From the NCBI RefSeq assembly GCF_006345805.1, contig NC_043018.1, positions 16,554,001 to 16,618,000 on the forward strand: a stretch of DNA of 64,000 nt, given 5' to 3'. This stretch comes from Octopus sinensis (Eukaryota). The notes beneath the pieces are model-generated. The model was given only the letters and a program-made list of their open reading frames with translations, was not told the DNA's origin and ran no database searches. The position numbers were made by a program, and so were the translations under genes. Every line of letters begins with the position of its first letter. Position 1 is the stretch's first letter. This document shows positions 36,201 to 50,254 of the stretch, one piece after another.

Positions 36201-39200
36201 GGTGGTGGTGATGGTGGTGTTGGTGGTGGTGAGGGTGGTCGCTGGTGGTGGTGATGTGGGTGGTGGTGGTGGTGGGTTTGTGAAAGTGGTGGTGTGATGG
36301 GGTGTGGGTGGTGTGATGGTGGTGGGGTGGTGGTGGTGGTGTGATGGTGGTGATGGTGGTGGTGATGGTGGTGGTGGTGGTGGTGGTGGTGATGGTGTGG
36401 TTGGTGGTGGTTGGTGGTGATGGTGGTGGTGGTGGTGGTGGTGGTGGTGGTTGGTGATGGTGGTGTGGAGGTGGTTGATGGTGGTGGTGATGGTGGTGTG
36501 GTGGTGGTGGTGGTGGTGATGGTGGTGTGGAGAGGTGGTGATGGTGGTGGTGGGTGGTGGTGGTGGTGATGGTGATGGTGATGGTGTGGTGGTGGTTTGG
36601 TGGTGGTGGTGGTGATGGTGGTGTGGATGGTGGTGAGGGGTGGTGATGGTGGTGTGGTGGTGGTGAGGGTGGTGGTGGGTGGTGAGTGGTGTGATGGGTG
36701 GTGGTGGTGGTGGTGGTGGTTGATGGTGGTGGTGGTGGTGGTGATGGTTGGTGGTGGTGGTTGGTGGTGGTGGGTGGTTGGTGGTGGTGGTGATGGTTTG
36801 GTGGTGGTGGTTGGTGGTGGTGGTGGTGATGGTGGTGTGGTGGTGGTGGTGGTGTTGTGTGGTGGTGGTGATGGTGGTGTGGGTTGGTGGTGGTGGTGTG
36901 GTGTGCTGGTGGTGTGGTGGTGGTTGGTGGTGGTGGTGATGGTTGGTGTGGATGGTGGGATGATGGTGGGTGGTGATGGGTGATGGTGGTGGTGGTGGTG
37001 ATTGGCTGGTGGTGATTGGTGATGGTGGTGGTGGTGATGGTGGTGGTGATGGTGGTTGTGGTGGTGGTGATGGTGGTGGTGATGTGGTGTGGTGGTTGTG
37101 GTGGTGGTTGATGGTGTGGTGGTGGGGGTGGTGATGGTGATGGGTGGTGGTTGGTGGTGGTGGTGGTGATGGTGGTGTGTGTGTGGTGGTGGTGATGGTG
37201 GGTGGTGATGGTGGTGGTGTGGGGATGGTGGTGGTGGTGGTGATGGGGGTGATGGTGATGGTGGTGGTGGTTTGATGGTGGTGTGTGGTGGTGTGGTGGT
37301 GGTTGGTGATGGTGGTGGTTGGTGGTGTTGGTGGGGGGTGTGGTGGTGATGGTGGGGTGGTGGTGGTGGTGGTGGGGTGATGGTGGTGTGTGGTGTGTGA
37401 TGGTGGTGGTGATGGTGGGAGGGGTGGTGGTGTTGGTGATGGGGTGTGGTGGTGGTGATGGTGGTCGTGGTGGTGGTGGTGGGTGGTGGTGATGGTGGTG
37501 GGAAGGTGGTTGGTGGTGGCGGTGATGGTGGTGGTGATGGTGGTGGTGGTGGTGGTGGGGTGGTGATGTGGTGGTGGTGGTGGTGATGGTGGTGGGGTGG
37601 TGATGGTGGTGGTGGTGGTGGTGGTGGTGATGGTGGTGTGGTGGTGGTGATGGTGGGTGGTGATGGTGGTGGTGGGTGATGGTGATGGTGGTGGTGGTGG
37701 TGGTGGTGGTGATGGTGATGGTGGTGGTGATGGTGGGGGGGTGATGGTGTGTGTGGTGTGGTGGTGATGGTAGGGTGGTGGTGATGGGTGGGGGTGATGG
37801 TGGTGGGGGTGGTGGGTGGTGGTGGTGGTGGTGGTGGTGGTGGTGGTTTTGTGGTGGTTGATGTGGTGGTGGTGATGGTGGTGTGATGATGTGATGGTGT
37901 GGTGCTGGTGTGGTGGTGGTGGGTGGTGGTGGTGGTGGTGTGATGGATGGTGGTGGTGGTGAGTGGTGGTGAGGTTGAGGTGGTGGTGTGGTGGTGGTTG
38001 GTGATGGTGGTGTGGGTGGTGGTGATGGTGGTGGTGATGGTGGGATGTGGGGGTGGTGGTGTGATGGTGTGGTGATGGTGGGTGGTGGTGGTGGGTGGTG
38101 ATGGTGGTGGTGGTGGTGGTGGGGTGGGGTGGTGGTGGTGTGATGGTGGTGGGGTGATGGTGGTGATGGTGATGTGGTGGTGGTGGGGGTGATGGTGGTG
38201 GTGATGGTGGGTGGGGGGTGGTGGTGGTGGGGTGGTGGTGGTTGTGATGGGGTGATGTTGGTGGTGGGGTGGTGGATGGTGGTGGTGATGGTGGTGGTGA
38301 TGGTGGTGGTGGTGGTGGTGGTGGATGGTGGTGTGGTGTTGGTGATGGTGGTATGGTGGTGGTGGGTGGTGGTGATGGTGGTGGTTGGTGGTGGGTGGTT
38401 GGTGATGGTGTGATGGTGGTGGTGATGGTGGTGGTGGTGGTGATGATGGTGGTGGTTTGGTGGTGGGGGTGGTGGTGGTGGTGGTGGTGATGGTGGTGGT
38501 GGGTGATTGGTGATGGTGGTGATGGTTGGTTGGGATGGTGGTGATGGTGGGGTGGCGGTTGGCTGGGGTGGTGGTGGTGGTGGTGGTGGTGATGGTGGTG
38601 GTGATGGTGGTGTGGTGATGATGATGGGGTGGTGGTGGTGGTGATGGTTGTGTGTGGTGGTGGTGGTGGGATGATGGTGGTGGTGGTGGTTGGTGGTTGG
38701 TGGTGGGTTGATGGTGGTGGTGATGGTGGTGGTGGTGGTGATGGTGGGTGTGGTGGTGGTGATGGTGGTGGTGATGGTGGTGGTGGTGGTGGTGGTGATG
38801 GTGGTGGTGGTGGTGGTGGTGTGGTGGTGGTGATGGTGGGGTTTGGTGGTGGTGGTGATGTGATGGTGATTGGTGGTGTGGTGGTGGTGATGGTGGTGGT
38901 GGTTGGTGGTGGTGGTGATGGTGGTGGTGGTGGTGATGGTGGTGTGGTGGTGGTGATGGTGGTGGTGATGGTGGTGGTGGGTGATGGTGATGGTGGTGGT
39001 GGTGGTGGTGGTGATGGTGGTGTGGATGGTGATGGTGGGTGGTGATGTTGGTGGTGATGGTGGTGGTGATGGTGGTGTGTGGTGGTGGTGGTGGTGGTGG
39101 TGGTGTGGTTGGTGGTGATGGTGGTGGGTGTGGTTGGTGGTTGGTGATGGTGGTGGTTGGTGGTGGTGATGGTTGGTGGTGGTGATGGTGTGGTGGTGGT

Positions 39201-39741
39201 GGTGGGGTGATGGTGATGGTGGGGTGGTGGTGGTTGGGGTGGTGGGTGGTGGTGATGGTGGTGTGGTGGTTGTGATGGTGGTGATGGTGGTGGTGGTGGT
39301 TGTGGTGATGGTGGTGGTGGTGGTGGTTGATGGTGGTGGTGATGGTGGGGGGGGGGTGGTGATGGTGGTGGTGATGGTGGTGGTGGGATGGTGGTGGGTG
39401 GTGGTGATGGTGGTGGTGGTGTGGTGATGGTGGTGTGGTGGGGTGATGGTGGTGGTGGTGATGGGTGATTGTGGTGGTGGTGGTGATGGTGGTGGTGATG
39501 GTGGTGGTGGTGATGATGATGGTGGTGGTGGTGGTGGTGGTGGTGATGGTGGTGGTGGTGATGATGATGGTGGTGGTGGTGGTGGTGGTGGTGGTGATGG
39601 TGGTGGTGATGGTGGTGGTGGTGGTGATGGTGGTGGTGGTGGTGGTGATGGTAGTGGTGATGGTGGTGGTGGTGGTGATGGTGGTGGTGGTCATGATGGT
39701 GGTGGTGATGGTGGTGGTGGTGGTGGCGGTGTTGGTGGTTG
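33263..39741. repeat. 6.5 kb degenerate (GGT/GAT)n array
   Basis: Almost pure G/T with frequent 1-nt indels. Confidence 0.95.
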
Positions 39742-40129
39742 GAATAATAATATAGACAAAGACGATGATGACGTTACCAGTGGTCCTGAGAGTAAAGAGA
39801 GTAAAGCTAGTAAAACATATATCAACATCGTTTTAGGTTGAAATTCCGTTGAGTTTGAGTTTGATTATAATCCCCTCGAAATTTTAAAATAAGTTTCAAT
39901 TATTAAGTTACGGGCTTGATGTAATTGACTTTATTTCAGCATTCATGGCCTTGCTATAATGCTGATGGTGGTGATGATAATTTTCATTTGCCCCACAAGG
40001 GCAGTGGATGAAGGGGACATTGCAAACACATGTTGCAATCTACTTGAAAGTTTACGTAAAATCGGATAAAGAGGAAGGAAAAAAGAAAGAGAGATGTAAG
40101 GTGAAAAGTGTACACGATATAAGGGGTAA

Positions 40130-40365
40130 AGACCCCTTTCGGTCATGAATGACCATGGGATTGCACCTAGAAAGTTGCCCTCCTAGACACAAGTCCGGGC
40201 AAGGTTGTTTATGGAAGACCAGCAGTCGCCCATGCATACCGGCCTCCCCTCTCCACGCCACCAGTGTTATCCAAGGGAAAGACAAAGGTCGATACAGCTT
40301 GGCACCAATGACGTCGCAACTCATTTCTACAGCTGAGTGAACTGGAGCAACGTGAAATAAAGAGC
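40130..40365 (+). mobile_element. SINE/LINE-tail-like repeat (unclassified)
   Basis: ggggtaaagacccc.ttcggtcatgaatgaccatggg...gagtgaactggagcaacgtgaaataaag, GC-richer than flanks and recognisable as an interspersed repeat. Confidence 0.45.
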
Positions 40366-40810
40366 ATACAAACATACAAATACATGGACAATGCAGGACG
40401 CTGGTGTAAGAAAGTCTTCATAAATTGGACTTCCTTCAGTTGAAGTTGGTCAAACGCCTGCAAGCCGGGATAAGAGTTTTTTCTGAGGAAGAATGGTAGT
40501 AACTCATGACAGTATCTTTGTTGTCCGCTTCCTGGTGCCGATATTTATCCAAGAGAAATTACACCGAGCCAATACTTGAGCCAATACAGTTCACTATCAA
40601 TGCCATTGGTGGCGTTGTTTTAAAATGCATTAGATTTAAACTTTATAAATCTTGTGAATGCTACTGGGATAGGTTTGAACATCACATCATCCTGTTTCGC
40701 ACATGCCCTCCAACTTAATCCGGTAACTGTTTGTGCCTAACCAAAGACAAGTAACAAATGCAAATATTAAAAAGCTTAAGTCCTTTTAATTTCAGATAAT
40801 CCACAGATAA

Positions 40811-43800
40811 ATGGAAGATAGTAACACTCTTAACCATAAGGTCGATGGGCAGTTGCGGAAATCCATTGATTTTGATTATATACAGCTTGCAAAAAACTGT
40901 AAAGGATATTTGGTAAGAAACTATTATATTGTCTGTACTTGCCCTACATTTGTTAAAAACCACACACACACATCATCATCATCATTGTTCGACCGTGGTC
41001 GAGACAATGGAATTCACTATGTTACGCCAGACTTCACGGTCCATCATAGCATTACGGAGGTCCTGTTGCTAGATGCCTGTATCCCTGGAGATTACATCAG
41101 GGTAGGAGTGTGTGCGCCCTCTGGTATCGTGATCAGATGGCTTCTAGAGGAGAAGAGTAGAAATTACCTCGTTTTCAGCTCTGCAACAATGTCCAGCAAA
41201 CTGGACTCTTCTACCTTTCATAAGAGATGACACAGGTGGTAATTTCCCATATATATATTATATATCTGCATATATAATAGCAACAGTTAATAAACAATGC
41301 GTGCTTCCAAAATGTCGCCCCGTAAAGATTTACAACTCAGTGATTTGGTTTCTAATTTCAGTAATATTCCTTCATATCGCGTCCATTTACTGACTTCATT
41401 AGTACAATCGCTATACGAGCATCTCTATCACGAGCGAGATAGACTGTGCGACTCATACAGCTGATGTTTACAGTGTTGACTTTTTAAATGTGTTATTGGT
41501 ATCTTATGTATGTGGTATTAAATAGTAGGAGTTAAAAGTGTTGAACATGGACAGAAGAAAGCACTGGTGGCAGATAATACCATTTCATAACAACCTTTTC
41601 GATAAACATCAACCAATAGCTTGCAATAAAGTGAATATGAAATATACACACATTTTTATAATGAGAAACAAACAATTATGAAAGAAAAGGTACCGATCTT
41701 TCTCTATTTTTGTATCCAGGACCTTAGAAGCAGTAAAATAACATTGGAAGAACTCACTATTTTGATACCTCACATTGTTGGAAATATTCGCATTAATACC
41801 TTTGACCTCTCACGTAAGTACGCCAGTTGTATATTTTCAATGTGTCATAGAATAAATTGATATCTTGTACATACATAGGCGCAGGAGTGGCTGTGTGGTA
41901 AGTAGCTTGTTTACCAACCACATGGTTCCGGGTTCAGTCCCACTGCGTGGAACCTTGGGCAAGTGTCTTCTACTATAGCCCCGGGCCGACCAATGCCTTG
42001 TGAGTGGATTTGGTAGACGGAAACTGAAAGAAGCCTGTCGTATATATGTATATATATATGTGTGTGTGAATGTGTTTGTGTGTCTGTGTTTGTCCCCCTA
42101 GCATTGCTTGACAACCGATGCTGGTGTGTTTACGTCCCTGTCACTTAGCGGTTCGGCAAAAGAGACCGATAGAATAAGTACTGGGCTTACAAAGAATAAG
42201 TCCCGGGGTCGATTTGCTCGACTAAAGGCGGTGCTCCAGCATGGCCGCAGTCAAATGACTGAAACAAGTAAAAAAAAAAAATACATACAAGCAAAAGGCG
42301 ATGTAAGCCTATGTTTCTAGAAGGGCTCAAAGTGGCAGCAACTTTGACAACCAGACTAGACTATCCTGGACTAACTAGCGGGATATCAGCTCGCACTTTG
42401 AGGAATATATTTTAGCAATACAGAAACAGTGGCTCTCAGTGAAACCAAACTCTCCAACCGATGAACTTTCATCGCCCACTTTCAGTGAATACGAGATTTA
42501 CTTACACTCCGTATCCTGTATGTTAACGGTATCAACGGAGGTGCTTTCAGAGAGGTGGCTGCTTATGCTCCGACAGGGGCAGAACAGATTTCTGAATTCT
42601 CCTAGCGGTATTTCGTCCATCTTTACGATCTGAGTTCAAATACCGTCGAGGTCAACATTTCCTTTCGGGGTCGATAAAGCAAGTACCAGTTACATACTGG
42701 TTTCGATTTAATCGACTAGCGCCCTTCTTCTTAATTTCAGACCTTATACCCATAGTATAAAGCATTATTCTTATCGTTATTAAGGTGGAGAGCTGGCTGC
42801 GATTGTTAGCGCATGCGACGAAATATGTAACCGTATTCTGAGTTCAAATTCAACCGGGGTCAAGTTTGTCTCTCATCCCTTCGGGGTTGATATAATAAGT
42901 ATTAGTCAAGTAGTGGCATCGATGTAATCAATTTACTCATTTCCCTTCAAAATTCCTGGCCTTGTACCAAGGTTAGAAAGAAAAATAATACTTATTGTAT
43001 TTCGCTTTTGGATTTGGTTTGCAAGATTCTTTATATGAGTTCGTGTGTTGAAGCATATTCTGTTGTGTCTGGGGAGAGTTATTTTCTTTTTGTGCCTTAT
43101 AATGTAACACACTCACCGGTAAAATTTCCACTTATTTCTTATTTTTATTTTCCTAAAATTTTCGTTGCGTCTTGCAACCTTTTCAATAGTCTTGACTCAA
43201 GAGTTATTTGTTATTTTCAGAAAATCACTTCAGTGATGAATACGGCAGAATTATCGCCAGAATCATAAAGGTATATTACCTTTTTTTACACTTAATTTTT
43301 ATAGATCTTTCACTTCTTATCTGAATACTGTGATAAGGTTGTGGAGGCGCAATGGCCCAGTGGTTAGGGCAGCGGACTAGCGGTCATAGGATCGCGGTTT
43401 CGATTCCCAGACCGGGCGTTGTGAGTGTTTATTGAGCGAAAACACCTAAAGCTCCACGAGGCTCCGGCAGGGGGTGGTGGCGATCCCTGCTGTACTCTTT
43501 CACCACAACTTTCTCTCTCACTCTTACTTCCTGTTTCTGTAGTACCTGTATTTCAAAGGGCCGGCCTTGTCACTCTCTGTGTCACGCTGAATATCCCCGA
43601 GAACTACGTTAAGGGTACACGTGTTTGTGGAGTGCTCAGCCACTTACACGTTAATTTCACGAGCAGGCTGTTCCGTTGATTCGGATCAACCGGAACCCTC
43701 GTCGCCGTAACCGACGGAGTGCTTCCACACTCTATCCGTAAATCCGCAAATCGCAACTAACTCTATGCTCATCCTCGGAGTTTGAGAAAGACAATGTATC

Positions 43801-44689
43801 AGGCATACAGTGGACTGATGTCCATCATTTGTGACGCTGTTTACTCTCTTTTTTCTCTTTCACTTGTTTCAGTCATTTGACTGCGGCCATGCTGGAGCAC
43901 CGCCTTTTTAGTCGAGCAACTCGACCCCGGGACTTATTCTTTGTAAGCCCAGTACTTATTCTATCGGTCTCTTTTGCCGAACCGCTAAGTGGCGGGGACG
44001 TAAACACACCAACATCGGTTGTCAAGCAATGCTAGGGGGACAAACACAGACACACAAACACATACACACACACATATATATATATATTATACATACATAT
44101 ATACGACAGGCTTCTTTCAGTTTCCGTCTACCAAATCCACTCACAAGGCTTTGGTTGGCCCGAGGCTATAGTAGAAGACACTTGCCCAAGCTGCCACGCT
44201 GTGGGACTGAACCCGAAACCATGTGGTTGGTTAGCAAGCTACTTACCACACAGCCACTCCTGAGGAATTTCAAACAGAAGACAAGGCATTATGCTAAGGC
44301 TATGTTGCTTTGAAACTTTGTAGCATGCCGGAAACGGGTGAGCATATTATCGCTCACTGCATGACTACATTCACATACACACATGTCTGTGATGGGGAAA
44401 ATGTACACACACACACGCACACACACACAGACACACACACACAGACACACACACACAGACACACACATACACGCACTTACACACACATACACACACACGC
44501 ACACACACAGAGACTCACACACACAACACACACATACACACACATACACGCACACACAAACACACACACACAGACACGCACACACATACACACACACACA
44601 CATACACACACATACACACACACGCACGCTCACACACACACACCACACACGCGTACACACATACACACACCACGCACACACGAACACAC

Positions 44690-44762
<73 letters not shown>

Positions 44763-46932
44763 AATGCATTTATTTAGATATTTACTCTTCTTTCTTAATC
44801 GTCATTATTTCTTCCCTTTTTCTACAGAATTCTGATTCAATTGTGGAATTCTGTCTGAAACTGAACAATCTAGAAGGCAGAGGAGTCCAGTATATCGGTC
44901 AAGCCATTGGTCAGTATACCCCCAACACACTTGTGAAGGAAAGAGAAAGAGAGAACGAATGAAAAATAGAGAAAGTGATATGTATATATTTCTTTACTAC
45001 CCACAAGGGGCTAAACACAGAGGGGATAAACAAGGACAGACAAACAGATTAAGTCGATTACATCGACCCCAGTGCGTAACTGGTACTTAATTTATCGACC
45101 CCGAAAGGATGAAAGGCAAAGTCGACCTCGGCGGAATTTGAACTCAGAACGTAACGGCAGACGAAATACCTACGGCTACGCATTTCGCCCGGCGTGCTAA
45201 CGTTTCTGATATGTATATGCATGCGTGTATGTGTATGTGCGTGCGAGTAAGTGTACATGTGTGTGCGTGAGTGTGTGCAATTATTCACAGTTTTCTCATC
45301 ACCAATATCATCATTAACAAAGAAAATGTTGTTATTATCGATGATGATGTCGCTACTACTCGGTTGTATGCTGGTGGTAGAGTTTAGATTATAGTTGGTA
45401 TGAATGTTATCGTTGTAATTATAATTGCACTCGACGAAAACGAGTCGACATATTCGAACGCGAATATGCTAATCGCTGTTGTGAGCCGATGGTCAGTTTG
45501 TTCACCGATATCAAAAGCAAGATTATATGTTCGTTTTAGATTTATTGACCCGGGGATACTTTTAGCTGGCGACACGCAACGGTAACGAAATACCTAATCT
45601 TCCACAATAATTTGCGTTAATGAACGGACTGCGTTATGAACATATAGCGAACGTATTTGACGCAATGGTGAAGTTGTTCTCCTGTGACAAACAGAACCGT
45701 GATTAGCATATTCACATCCAAATCTGTCGGGAGAAGACAATGTTTATATATGTATAATGTTTATATTTTTCTAGACGGAGCAAAAAATGCTATACCTCGT
45801 TCGCAAAATCACATGAAAAGAAAACCTTAAGTGTATTATATTTTGTATATATATAAATATATGTCTATAAATGTGTATCTATGTATTATATATGTATATA
45901 TGTATTATATATGTATATAAGTATTATATATATATTATATATAACACACACATTTATAGACGCTTATACATTCGTATATATATGTATATATGTATTATAT
46001 ATATATATATATTTATATATTTCGGAATGGTCATATTGCCAGTTTAGCCAATAAAAACACACGCACTATATATTTGGTGTTATTTTGCTTATATATCACT
46101 ATATATCACTATATATATCGCAGGATATAACAACAGTATCGAGATATTAGATATGAGTTGGAATCACATCCGCTGGCCAGGAGCTGTGTCTATTTGCAAT
46201 GGTATCAAGGTAAGGTATGCTATTGAATATATCATCTACTTTTCAGGTTGATATTAACACAAGATGACTTCTGTATTTGATGTTCATCTCTTTACGTACT
46301 AGTCTACCTAATTCTCTCTATACCAGCCTGGTATTCATAAATTTGTAGACTTATTTCCACCTTGTCCCATTTTGTATTTTATATATGTATAAACTTAGAT
46401 AAATAAACTTAGATATGTTTCGACCAAAGATTGGTCCAGGCCATGTCTAACTTAATAGCACCACCTGATAGGATTATTCGAATCCTGTCTAAGTCAAGTT
46501 TTGTTTAAGTCAAGTTTTGTTCAAGTAGTGAGTTCTTGTTGGGTGAGTTGTATCCAATTATGGGTGGCTTATCTGGTATTCTTTGAAGGAATCTATCCAG
46601 ACTCTGTTTAAAATTGATGGGATCCTTTTCCTCTTTGATCTCCCTCGGGACAATGTTAAATAAGGCAGGGCCTGTTGAGGAAAAGAAATTATGTTGCAGT
46701 GTATACATACATATCGTAATTATATATTATATTTTAGATTAACAATTGCCTAAACACTCTCAATGTTGCCTACAACGGGTTTGGTTATGAAGGAGCTGTT
46801 GCCTTAGGAGAGATGCTTAAACATAATAAAACTCTGCAGACTCTTGATGTTTCCAGCAACAGGATATGTTGGAAAGGGTCATTGATAATAAGCAAGGGTC
46901 TCTCCAAGAATCGGTCGTTGATCAACCTTAAG
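40811..46932 (+). CDS. LRRC74A: Leucine-rich repeat (RNI-like) protein of the LRRC74 family, 3'-partial; exons 40811..40912, 41720..41813, 43221..43270, 44828..44909, 46124..46209, 46738..46932
   Basis: GT-AG exons with matching phases (0,1,0,1,0) give ...FDLSQNHFSDEYGRIIARIIKNSDSIVEFCLKLNNLEGRGVQYIGQAIGYNNSIEILDMSWNHIRWPGAVSICNGIKINNCLNTLNVAYNGFGYEGAVALGEMLKHNKTLQTLDVSSNRICWKGSLIISKGLSKNRSLINLK, about 28-aa LRRs resembling recalled LRRC74A motifs (LDLSWN..RGAVALCNGL..N..L..L..S.NGFG). Orthology and the first exon are less certain than the family call. Confidence 0.75.
40975..41235 (-). mobile_element. RTE-clade LINE 3' end in LRR gene intron
   Basis: RRVQFAGHCCRAENE...RGRTHSYPDVISRDTG...MMDREVWRNIV then (gat)n tail. 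Confidence 0.75.
41878..42275 (+). mobile_element. SINE family 1, full length
   Basis: Near-identical to 30127-30535. Confidence 0.85.
42595..42980 (+). mobile_element. Two diverged SINE family 3 copies in tandem
   Basis: ctgagttcaaat...cctt(t)cgggg..gataa...agta motif twice. Confidence 0.6.
43341..43727 (+). mobile_element. SINE family 2, full length
   Basis: Near-identical to 50255-50638. Confidence 0.85.
43855..44262 (-). mobile_element. SINE family 1
   Basis: Reverse complement of family consensus. Confidence 0.85.
44404..44760. repeat. (CA)n microsatellite
   Basis: Direct reading. Confidence 0.95.
44985..45208 (-). mobile_element. SINE family 3
   Basis: Reverse complement of 52170-52402. 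Confidence 0.8.
46495..46705 (-). mobile_element. CR1/L2-like LINE 3' fragment
   Basis: NFFSSTGPALFNIVP..I...FKQSLDRFLQRIPDKP...GY...NSLLE. Confidence 0.65.
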
Positions 46933-46943
46933 GTTTGTTGAGC

Positions 46944-47043
46944 NNNNNNNNNNNNNNNNNNNNNNNNNNNNNNNNNNNNNNNNNNNNNNNNNNNNNNNNN
47001 NNNNNNNNNNNNNNNNNNNNNNNNNNNNNNNNNNNNNNNNNNN
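46944..47043. other. Assembly gap (100 N)
   Basis: N run 11 nt after the last identified LRR exon. Confidence 1.
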
Positions 47044-47145
47044 ATTTCTGCAATAAGATAAACATGGCACAAGGAATTTAAAACGCACCGAAATTAAGAA
47101 CAATGGCATGTACCACACACGCACGCGCACGTATGTATATATATA

Positions 47146-47178
<33 letters not shown>

Positions 47179-47190
<12 letters not shown>

Positions 47191-47573
47191 TAAGGCACTC
47201 AGTCGGTTACGACGACGAGGGTTCCGGTTGATCGAATCAACGGAACAGCCTGCTTCGTGAAATTAACGTGTAAGTGGCTGAGCACTCCACAGACACGTGT
47301 ACCCTTAACGTAGTTCTCGGGGATATTCAGCGTGACACAGCGAGTGACAAGGCGGCCCTTTGAAATACAGGTACAACAGAAACAGGAAGTAAGAGTGAGA
47401 GAAAGTTGTGGTGAAAGAGTACAGCAGGGATCACCACCATCCGCTGCCGGAGCCTCGTGGAGCTTTAGGTGTTTTCGCTCAATAAACACTCACAACGCCC
47501 GGTCTGGGAATCGAAACCGCGATCCTATGACCGCGAGTCCGCTGCCCTAACCACTGGGCCATTGCGCCTCCAC
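47179..47573 (-). mobile_element. SINE family 2, full length
   Basis: Reverse complement of 43341-43727. Confidence 0.85.
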
Positions 47574-47974
47574 ATATATTATATATATATGTATTCACAC
47601 GCATAGTCCATAAAAACTAAAACCCAAATCAGTTTTCCAACAAAAAAATCCTCAAGAAGTATATTTTGTTTCGCAGCGGAAGTAGTTTAATCTGAGACTG
47701 TGCGTTAAAACGCAGGATTTCGTCTTGCGAGATGTGTATTAGCCATTTAACAAGAGTAAATGGAAAGGAATTACGGGAGAGATCAGTGGCAGAAACAACT
47801 TCGATTAACTGAACTTTTACGAACTAAATAAAATGAATGTCAAGAAATTATTTTTTGTTTTTGGAGATTTAAAAATGATTTCTCCACGAGGATATATGTT
47901 TTATTCAGAACGAATATGTTTTATAATTTAGGTTATTTTTACATCGAGATATGCAATATGTGGAAGGCACTATA

Positions 47975-48370
47975 TCTTTATATATAAAAGTGAGGTTGTG
48001 TGCTGTCTGTCTCTTCGATATAGATTCCTAACTACTCCCACATTTTGCGGTGCAGTTTAACCAAAACCGGGTATCTTATAGTCGTGATTCATATCGAGCC
48101 CTTCTGGGTATTAGCGCGCGTCTACGATGAGTCTACGATTTTAAAAAATTTACCATTAATTTTTCCCATTTTTAATGCATTTTTGGCATATATAAGGGAA
48201 GTAACTCTCTAAAATATTTATTATTAAATCTCAGAACGTAAAAAGCTACAGTAACACCACCCCACTATGTGGTTAGCCATATTGAGATGGCTATTATACT
48301 TTACATCTTTAAAAATGCTTATATAGTTATTTCCCTTACAAACCCGAGCAACGCCGGGCGATACTGCTAG
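47975..48370 (+). mobile_element. Non-autonomous Helitron-like element
   Basis: A|TCtttatatataaaag...cccgagcaacgccgggcgatactgCTAG|T. Confidence 0.75.
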
Positions 48371-49574
48371 TTTTTTTATAAAATACATTTATGAAGCATT
48401 GCTTGGAGAAAAGGTGTGTTTTAAGAACTATATACCCAGTAAATAGTTGACGTTTTTACATAACTGGTACAACAACGGAAATTGAACTTGGTAAATAGTA
48501 TAGGCGAGAAGAGATCATTTTAATGAGTTAGCCATACAAGATCGAATTAAAGAAGTTGTCTTTCTATGCTTCCATACCATTCTGTACCAACCAAGGTGTT
48601 GCACGTTTTGTTCCATACAACTTGGTTGTGCACACTTAGCTTTAGCTTCGTAAAATATTCTCTGTTGGAGAACAGTTTAAAGAGCAGTTTCTAAGTACTC
48701 GGCCGTTAAATACTGCTGTAATAATTAGTTGGTTCTTGTATTGGTCTTTGCTTGGGATCACTGTGTTTTCACCATGACAGTTAAATAGAAACATCTGATC
48801 CAGACGCTTACATTATCTGGATGTGAAGTATATCAAATAACAACCGACAAACATTTTGTTCCCTGCAATTTTAGGAATAATTTACATTAACAGCATTGCT
48901 TGGAAAAAAAAAAACGACTTCTCAATTTCCACAGTTGTCACATAATCTTTTAACCTTTTAATCTTTTAATCTACAATTAGTTTTGTTCTACTTGGAAACA
49001 TTTTAAAAAGCAACAGTTTCGTAACTAAATCTAATTTCTCTTTCGATTGAATCTTACTTACTTCTATTCTATTACCGTGTGTCGTTCTATAGAATTTTCA
49101 AAGATAATTTCCAAAGGCCTGGTTTTTAAAGAAATCTTTTCTCTATTACTATTTTAATTCATCATTTAGGGTGGATATTCCTGTTTGCCGTAAGATTTGC
49201 TGTTTGTTTACATTGCTTTTACTTATCATACAGAACATATATTTTACACTCGAAAACATTATCAACTAGCATCTGGTTTATCTTACTTCACTACGTTAAG
49301 TGATTAAAATGTTTAATTTAGCCGACCAGTCTTTTATTCTCTGGAAATAAACTACTATCTGGTGTAAGAATATATTCTTTATTCAACCTCAAATTTCTAA
49401 TGTTGAGTGAATACAAACATAGTTAAAAGAAGTCTTGTTTTTTATCAGTGGGAATTGATACTGAGGGATGTCGAATTCCCATTTGTACGTTGTTTCAGCC
49501 ATCCTCCTTTCACTTGTGTCGCAACTGAAAAACGGGTTTCCTAAAATAATCTCTCGCTACTACTACTACTACTG

Positions 49575-49623
<49 letters not shown>

Positions 49624-49699
49624 CGTGTAAACCATTCTGTATTTCGTTATGCAATCTTCTGGAAACTACAATTGAAACCATCAATAGCAACAACAACCG

Positions 49700-49749
<50 letters not shown>

Positions 49750-50254
49750 GTATGCTGCTGCTGCTGCTGCTGCTACTACTACTACTACTACTACTACCAC
49801 TACCACTACTACGAAAAGCTATTTCACTTTGTTCTAACTAATAATAAACTGTGTGTCCGTTGGCATTTATCATCAACTCCTTATTGTTATGGATGTTGCC
49901 CTCATCGAGAATATTAATATTTCCATAGATACATACTAGTAGATAAATCTACTATCACTGTGATATTATTAGTACTATCACTGCTCTTTTCCCCAACATT
50001 ACAAGATAGAGCTTTCAGTCTTTACTATTTCGTTTCGCTACTTCGTCCACTAATGTCCTCTGTTAGTATGTCCATTGTTATCGTCCGCGAGGGTAAATAT
50101 TTGTATTCTCTTAGCAGAAACTTTTTTGTCATCTGTAGAGGAAATCTCGGTTATATTTGTTTCTACTGTCGATACATCGATTTTTTTTGTGAGATGTAGA
50201 AACACTAGTCGCGCCGGACAGTCTATAGAGTTAAACACGTTTAGTCCAACATGT

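Noticed and set aside
33233-39694. 2153-aa His/Pro/Thr ORF and overlapping Gly/Val ORFs
   Set aside because: Translation of the (ACC/ATC)n array, which lacks stop codons by composition; no codon structure or splice context
49449-49484. Candidate further LRR exon (WELILRDVEFPF); also 48790-48830 (IQTLTLSGCEV)
   Set aside because: Weak LRR resemblance and no verifiable continuity across the gap
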